Positions 58,779 through 64,000 of a stretch of 64,000 nucleotides of DNA are shown in pieces; positions within the stretch are counted from its first letter, which is position 1, and every line of letters starts with the position of its first letter. Source of the stretch: Verrucomicrobiota bacterium (GTDB taxonomy: Bacteria > Verrucomicrobiota > Verrucomicrobiia > Limisphaerales > UBA8199). Both the position numbers and the translations under genes were made by a program. The notes under the pieces were generated by a model. The model had not been told where the DNA came from. It saw only the letters and a program-made list of their open reading frames with translations, and searched no databases. The stretch spans positions 8,027 through 72,026 of the forward strand of contig JBDHQH010000004.1 of assembly GCA_039806935.1 (NCBI GenBank), given 5' to 3'.

Positions 58779-60573
58779 CCTCTGGATCCATCCGTCGCTG
58801 ATCCTGATCGTCGGGGCGCTGCTCCTGCCCCTGGTTCCGGCGCGCGCGAAAAAGGGCTGGTTGCTGCTGGTGCCCGCGCTCCTGTTTGCGCGCATCGTCA
58901 CCCTCGGGCACGGCCATTTCGGCCAAGTGCCCTTTCTCGATTGGGAACTGGTCTTCGGGCGGGTGGACCGGTTGAGTCAGGTATTCGGCTACATCATGGG
59001 TTTGATGTGCCTCCTGGGCACGCTTTACGGGTTGGGCGTCAGAGATGACAAGGAGCATATCGCCGCCTGGTTTTACGTGTCGGGCTCGATCGGCGCCATT
59101 TACGCCGGCGATTACCTGACCCTGTTTCTCTTCTGGGAGCTGATGGCCTTTTCGTCGGTGTTTCTGGTCTGGTTCCGCGGCCGGCGCGAATCGCTCTTTT
59201 CGGGCTACCGCTACCTGCTCGTCCATGTGGCGGGTGGATTGCTGCTGCTGGCGGGCCTGGTCTGGCATTGCCGGACGGTCGGCAGTTGGACCTTCGGGGC
59301 GCTGGATGTGCATCATCCCACAACCGCCATCTGGCTGATACTCGGCGGCTTCCTGTTGAACGCGGCGGCGCCGCCCCTCCACGCCTGGTTGCCGGACGCC
59401 TACGGCGAAGCCACCTTCAACGGCTCGGTCTTTCTGTGCGCCTTCACGACCAAAACCGCCGTTTACACCCTCTGCCGGGGTTTTGCCGGCATGGAAATCC
59501 TCGTGCCGCTGGGCGTGATCATGGCGCTTTACGGCGTGGTTTACGCGGTGCTGGAAAACGACTGTCGCCGGCTGCTTGCCTATCACATCATCAGCCAGGT
59601 CGGTTACATGGTGGCCGCGGTGGGCCTCGGCACCGCGATGGCCATCAATGGCGCCTGCGCCCACGCATTCGCTCACATCCTCTACAAGGGTCTGTTATTC
59701 ATGGGCTGCGGCGCGGTCCTGCACATGACCGGCGAAAGCAAGTTCACCGAGCTGGGCGGGCTCTGGCGCAAGATGCCCTGGACGTTTGTGTTTACGCTGA
59801 TCGGCGGCCTGTCCATCTCGGCTTTCCCGCTGTTCTCCGGCTTCGTAAGCAAATCCATGATTGTCTCCGCCGGCTTCGCGGACCACAAGCTCTGGGTCGG
59901 GTTCCTCCTGATGCTCGCTTCGGCGGGGACTTTTCTGCATACGGGCCTCAAAGTCCCGTACTTTATCTGGTTCGGAAAAAATCAGCCGCGGAAGGCGGTC
60001 TGGGAGCGCGCCGGCGATCCGCCGTGGAACATGAACCTGGCCATGGCGGCCGCGGCGTTCCTGTGCATTTTCATCGGCTGCTACACGCCCTACCTCTATC
60101 AAATGCTGCCCTACCCGGAAGTGGCCATGCAGTATCTGCCCTACACTTCCTATCACGTCTCGGAAACCTTGCAGATCCTGCTGTTCACCGGGCTGGGGTT
60201 CTTTCTGCTGATCAAGAAACTCGCGCCCGAGGCCAAAATCAGCCTGGACATGGATTGGTTTTATCGCTTCGGCGGCCGCGCGGTCCTCTGGTTTGCCCGC
60301 CGGCCCGCCCAGGCGGTGGACACCTTCGTGGGTGAGCTCTACCGGCTTGCCGGCCTGATCCCGCTGATGTTCGCCGCCAAAATAGCGGCGCGCTTTGACA
60401 CGAACCTGATTGACGGCTTCGTCGATGGCCTGGCGGAGGGCATTCGTGAAACCGGCCGCAGCCTGCGCTCGAGCCAGCGGGGACCATTGCAGGAGAACCT
60501 GGCCCTTGCCTTCGCGGTCGCCGCCGTGCTGATCATTGGGTTCCTCCTGTTTTCCAACTTTTTCCCGCGCTGA
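58771..60573 (+). CDS. NuoL-position antiporter-like subunit with a C-terminal lateral-helix-like extension
   Basis: 600 aa. LFLFWELMAFSSVFL and APPLHAWLPDAYGEAT motifs. The C-terminus FDTNLIDGFVDGLAEGIRETGRSLRSSQRGPLQENLALAFAVAAVLIIGF resembles the NuoL amphipathic helix plus terminal TM anchor. Confidence 0.75.
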   Translation: MNSLWIHPSLILIVGALLLPLVPARAKKGWLLLVPALLFARIVTLGHGHFGQVPFLDWELVFGRVDRLSQVFGYIMGLMCLLGTLYGLGVRDDKEHIAAWFYVSGSIGAIYAGDYLTLFLFWELMAFSSVFLVWFRGRRESLFSGYRYLLVHVAGGLLLLAGLVWHCRTVGSWTFGALDVHHPTTAIWLILGGFLLNAAAPPLHAWLPDAYGEATFNGSVFLCAFTTKTAVYTLCRGFAGMEILVPLGVIMALYGVVYAVLENDCRRLLAYHIISQVGYMVAAVGLGTAMAINGACAHAFAHILYKGLLFMGCGAVLHMTGESKFTELGGLWRKMPWTFVFTLIGGLSISAFPLFSGFVSKSMIVSAGFADHKLWVGFLLMLASAGTFLHTGLKVPYFIWFGKNQPRKAVWERAGDPPWNMNLAMAAAAFLCIFIGCYTPYLYQMLPYPEVAMQYLPYTSYHVSETLQILLFTGLGFFLLIKKLAPEAKISLDMDWFYRFGGRAVLWFARRPAQAVDTFVGELYRLAGLIPLMFAAKIAARFDTNLIDGFVDGLAEGIRETGRSLRSSQRGPLQENLALAFAVAAVLIIGFLLFSNFFPR

Positions 60574-60575
60574 TC

Positions 60576-62093
60576 ATGTTTAGCCACGACACCATCCTGA
60601 CCGTCCTGATTTTCAGCCCGTTGGCGGGCGCGGCGGTAGCTGCCTGCCTGTCGAGCGAACGGCTGCTGCGCTGGTGGACGCTGGCTTTCACCACCGCCGT
60701 TGCCGTCGTTTCGCTGCCGCTCTGGCGACAATTCGACACCTCGACCGCCGAATTCCAGTTTACGCAAACGCTCGATTGGGTGAAGGCTTTCAACATCCAC
60801 TACGCGGTCGGGATTGACGGCATCAGCCTGCTGTTGGTGCTCATGACCACGCTCGTGATGCCCCTGTGTGTGCTGGCCTCGTGGAACTACATCCAGACCC
60901 GGCTCAAAGAATTCATGATCTGCCTGCTGATCATGGAGACCGCCATGATCGGCGTGTTCTGCGCGCTTGATTTCGTTCTCTTCTTCGTATTCTGGGAAGC
61001 CATGCTGATCCCCATGGCCCTGCTGATTGGCATCTGGGGCGGACCGCGCAAAATTTACGCCTCGCTCAAATTCTTCATTTACACCATGTCGGGTTCCGTG
61101 TTCCTGCTGGTGGCGCTCATCGCGCTCTACCTGAAAACCGGCACGTTTAGCATTCCGGCGTTGATGGGCCGCAATTTCCCGCACGACTTCCAGTGCTGGA
61201 TTTTTTTGGCGTTTTTCCTCTCGTTTGCCATCAAGGTGCCGATGTTTCCCTTCCACACCTGGCTCCCGGCGGCGCATGTCGAGGCGCCCACCGCGGGCAG
61301 CGTGCTGCTGGCCAGTATTCTTTTGAAAATGGGCGCCTACGGCTTCCTGCGGTTCTCCCTGCCCATGACCCCCTACGCGACCCACGCCTTCACCCCTTAC
61401 ATCCTCGCGCTGTCGGTGGTGGCGATCCTCTACGGCGGACTGACCGCCCTGGCCCAGTCGGATTTGAAAAAGCTGGTGGCGTATTCCAGCGTGGCGCACA
61501 TGGGCTTCGCCACGCTCGGCATCTTCGCGCTCAACCAGATGGGCCTTGAGGGCGCGGTGCTGGTGATGGTGAATCACGGGGTGACCACCGGCGCCCTCTT
61601 CATCGTCGTCGGCATCGTCTATGAACGGCTTCACAGCCGCGAGCTGGGCCGGGCCGCGGGTCTCGGCCAGGGCATGCCGATCTTCGCTGCGTTTGCGGGG
61701 GTCTTCGCGCTCTCCTCGCTGGCCTTCCCCGGCACCAACAGTTTCATCGGCGAGTTTCTGGTTTTGACCGGCGGTTTCAAAGCCTCGGCCAGCTTGATGC
61801 TTTGCGTCATCCCCGGAGTGGTGCTGGCCGCCGCCTACATGCTGCGGATGCTGCAAAAACTCGCCTACGGCGGCGTTCACAATCCGGATCACCGCGGCGT
61901 GAGGGATCTCGGTTTTCGGGAGATCATCACGCTCGCGCCGCTGCTGTTGATGGTTTTCTGGATCGGACTCCATCCGGAGCCCTTCACTCGCGTGATGAAA
62001 GCCAGCGTCGCCAACCTTATCCAACAGGCCCAGGCCGCGCCAGCCGAACCGGCGGATGCTTACGCCATCACCGTTCCTTCCGCAATGAAATGA
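60576..62093 (+). CDS. nuoM: NADH-quinone oxidoreductase subunit M
   Basis: HYAVGIDGISLLLVLMTTLVMPLCVLASW, FVFWEAMLIPMALLIGIWGG and FAIKVPMFPFHTWLPAAHVEAPTAGSV motifs. Confidence 0.9.
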   Translation: MFSHDTILTVLIFSPLAGAAVAACLSSERLLRWWTLAFTTAVAVVSLPLWRQFDTSTAEFQFTQTLDWVKAFNIHYAVGIDGISLLLVLMTTLVMPLCVLASWNYIQTRLKEFMICLLIMETAMIGVFCALDFVLFFVFWEAMLIPMALLIGIWGGPRKIYASLKFFIYTMSGSVFLLVALIALYLKTGTFSIPALMGRNFPHDFQCWIFLAFFLSFAIKVPMFPFHTWLPAAHVEAPTAGSVLLASILLKMGAYGFLRFSLPMTPYATHAFTPYILALSVVAILYGGLTALAQSDLKKLVAYSSVAHMGFATLGIFALNQMGLEGAVLVMVNHGVTTGALFIVVGIVYERLHSRELGRAAGLGQGMPIFAAFAGVFALSSLAFPGTNSFIGEFLVLTGGFKASASLMLCVIPGVVLAAAYMLRMLQKLAYGGVHNPDHRGVRDLGFREIITLAPLLLMVFWIGLHPEPFTRVMKASVANLIQQAQAAPAEPADAYAITVPSAMK

Positions 62094-62097
62094 TCCC

Positions 62098-63669
62098 ATG
62101 AACTCGCTTTCCCTTTTGGCTTTTCTGCCGGAACTGGTTCTCCTGCTGGGAACGCTGGGAATCTTTGTCACCGCGCTCGGCGCCGGCCAGACGGACCGGG
62201 CGCGGGCCGCCGCGCTGGCGACCGCCGCGGCGGCGGTCCTCGCCTGCGCCCTCACGCTGAACCAGCGAGACACGCTGTTCAGCGGCGCCTACCAGGTGGA
62301 TCTGTTCTCGCAGGTGTTAAAGCTGGTGTTCGCCTGCGGGTTCCTCCTCATCCTGTTGTTGAGCGGCCGCATTCCCGACGTGCGCGAGGATATCCGTCCA
62401 GAGTACTTCCTGTTCTTGGCCCTGAGCGTCAGCGGCCTGATGATGCTGGTGAGCAGCGTGGATTTGATCACGCTGGTGGTGGCTCTCGAGGTCTCGGCCT
62501 TCCCGCTTTACCTGATGGTTCCCATGCGCCGCGAGCGCGGCGGCCAGCGCGTCCAGATGGAATCGGCCATCAAATACGTCATGTTCGGCGTGGCCGCCAA
62601 CGGAATCATGTTTTTCGGGATGAGCTACCTGTTCGGCATCACCGGCACGACTTCGATCCCGGCGCTGGTGCCGAAGCTGCAGCCGGTGCTGAACACCCCC
62701 CTGGCGATCGTCGGCCTGGCCATGACGTTGTGCGGCTTTTTCTACAAACTGGCGGTGTTCCCGTTTCACTTCTGGACGCCGGACGTGTATGAGGGCGCCG
62801 CCAACGAAACCGCCGGCTTGATCGCCTCGCTGCCCAAAATCGGCGCGGTGGCGGTGCTCGTGCGCCTGGTGTCGCTCGCGCGGCCCGATAACCACACGCT
62901 GGCCGGTTTGCTCGCGATTCTGGCCATCGCCTCGATGTTCTACGGCAACCTGATCGCGCTCATGCAGCGGGACTTCAAACGGCTGCTCGGATTTTCGGGG
63001 ATCGCCCACGCCGGCTATGCGCTGATCGGGTTTGTGGCCCTGAGCGATCTCGGTTATTCCGCCGCGCTCTACTACATCATTGGCTATCTGCTCATGGTGC
63101 TCGCCTGCTTCGTCGTCATCTGCCGGGTGTCGAAGGACGGCTCCAATCTCTCGCTGGATGAGTTGGCGGGACTGCATCGGCGCTCGCCGCTGCTGGCCAT
63201 CACCCTCGCCGTCGGCGTTTTCGCGCTGGCGGGCATCCCGCCCTTCGTCGGCTTCATGGCCAAGCTTACCCTGCTTTCCGCGGCGCTGGCCAAAGGCTAT
63301 CTCGCCCTCGTGATCATCGCCGTCGTCAACGCCGCCATCGCCGTCTATTATTATCTGGGCATCGTGCGCGAAGCCTGGTTCCGCGAGGCGGCGAATTTGG
63401 CCCCCATCCGGCTCGATTGGCGGACGCGCGCCCTCTGCGTCGCGCTCATCGCCGGCATCACCGCCCTGGGAGTTCTGCCCGGCCGGGTGATTGACGCCCT
63501 CCAGTTCTCCGTCGCGCAACTCTCTCCCCCGGCGGACGCGCCGGCCGAGGTGGTGAGCGTTGCGGGCGCGGGTCGTGCGGCTCCGGCTGGATCCGGGGCC
63601 GCTCTCCACGCCGCCACCCAGGGCCCGCGGGCCATGACGGCTCGCGCGGCCGCCCCGCCTATGCCTTAG
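62098..63669 (+). CDS. nuoN: NADH-quinone oxidoreductase subunit N
   Basis: FFYKLAVFPFHFWTPDVYEGAANETAG motif. It is the last membrane subunit of the operon. The C-terminal tail is Ala-rich. Confidence 0.9.
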   Translation: MNSLSLLAFLPELVLLLGTLGIFVTALGAGQTDRARAAALATAAAAVLACALTLNQRDTLFSGAYQVDLFSQVLKLVFACGFLLILLLSGRIPDVREDIRPEYFLFLALSVSGLMMLVSSVDLITLVVALEVSAFPLYLMVPMRRERGGQRVQMESAIKYVMFGVAANGIMFFGMSYLFGITGTTSIPALVPKLQPVLNTPLAIVGLAMTLCGFFYKLAVFPFHFWTPDVYEGAANETAGLIASLPKIGAVAVLVRLVSLARPDNHTLAGLLAILAIASMFYGNLIALMQRDFKRLLGFSGIAHAGYALIGFVALSDLGYSAALYYIIGYLLMVLACFVVICRVSKDGSNLSLDELAGLHRRSPLLAITLAVGVFALAGIPPFVGFMAKLTLLSAALAKGYLALVIIAVVNAAIAVYYYLGIVREAWFREAANLAPIRLDWRTRALCVALIAGITALGVLPGRVIDALQFSVAQLSPPADAPAEVVSVAGAGRAAPAGSGAALHAATQGPRAMTARAAAPPMP

Positions 63670-63692
63670 CCGGGGATGCACCATACATCGCG

Positions 63693-64000
63693 ATGAGCAA
63701 TCCCGCCCCGCTCGAACCCGACCCCAAATACGCGTGGCGCAAGTTCGCCCGCCAGGATCTGCCCAAACGCCCGGCCCGGCAGCGTGCCGCCGACTTTCTG
63801 GAAATATACGGCTTGTTCGATGAGGAAACCGCCCAGGCGCAGGCCAGCCGCTGCATTCAATGCCCTAACCCGACCTGCGTCTCCGGGTGCCCCCTCTGCA
63901 ACCCCGTGCCCCAGTGGATGCAACTTACCGCCGAGGGAAAATTCGTCGAAGCCGCCGCCGTGCTCGGCTCCGCCACCAACATGGCCGAATTATGCGCGCG
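63693..64000 (+). CDS. GltD-like (glutamate synthase small-subunit family) Fe-S/NAD(P)H oxidoreductase, 5' part only
   Basis: Hand-translated from ATG 63693: MSNPAPLEPDPKYAWRKFARQDLPKRPARQRAADFLEIYGLFDEETAQAQASRCIQCPNPTCVSGCPLCNPVPQWMQLTAEGKFVEAAAVLGSATNMAELCAR. The DF.EIY...A..QA.RC..C....C...CP motif is typical of GltD/NfnB N-termini. The frame is open to the window end. Confidence 0.7.
   Translation, partial: MSNPAPLEPDPKYAWRKFARQDLPKRPARQRAADFLEIYGLFDEETAQAQASRCIQCPNPTCVSGCPLCNPVPQWMQLTAEGKFVEAAAVLGSATNMAELCA

Overview
GC-rich bacterial chromosomal segment (roughly two-thirds G+C by eye, not computed). It is densely coding: about 58 protein genes plus one tmRNA. I saw no transposase, integrase, phage, CRISPR, restriction-modification or toxin-antitoxin signatures, so this reads as core chromosome, not an accessory island. 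Taxonomy cannot be fixed from the window. The many stand-alone receiver proteins, Ala/Pro-rich linkers, a GH78 enzyme, a sulfotransferase and a complex I lacking nuoEFG would fit a PVC/Verrucomicrobiota-like environmental bacterium, but that is a guess.

Gene order:
- Partial surface-protein 3' end.
- GT9 / DltD-like partner / MBOAT glycan O-acylation operon (-).
- RND efflux pair (-).
- tmRNA (-).
- M42 peptidase and GH78 rhamnosidase (+).
- Two hypotheticals (-).
- PpiD-like chaperone and RluA (+).
- argF-argD (-).
- Receiver, Smr, pilT, and a trypsin-like protease.
- Rrf2, sigma-70 and a small secreted protein (+).
- NarL-type response regulator (-), then two tandem receiver-only proteins (+).
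- Amidase_2 and LptF/G (+).
- Convergent GAF and PAS histidine kinases.
- Sulfotransferase, NtrC-type activator and sensor kinase (-).
- Receiver plus fused trehalose-6-P synthase/phosphatase (+).
- Ala/Pro-rich secreted repeat protein (-).
- OprO/P-type porin plus sulfate ABC transporter (+).
- Hsp20 and Lon (+).
- B12/radical-SAM enzyme (-) and MobA-like transferase (+).
- A 13-gene complex I operon (+), then the start of a GltD-like oxidoreductase.

Most interesting, all hypotheses needing database or structure checks:
1. The complex I operon lacks nuoEFG. It carries a fourth antiporter-like subunit and a tightly coupled 86-aa membrane ORF between nuoK and the L-like subunit. A GltD-like Fe-S flavoprotein gene sits directly downstream.
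2. An NtrC-family two-component unit is flanked on both sides by -24/-12 (sigma-54-like) elements. One sits upstream of a PAPS-type sulfotransferase, the other upstream of a receiver/trehalose-synthesis operon. A porin-headed sulfate uptake operon lies close by.

I cannot claim that either is truly undescribed.
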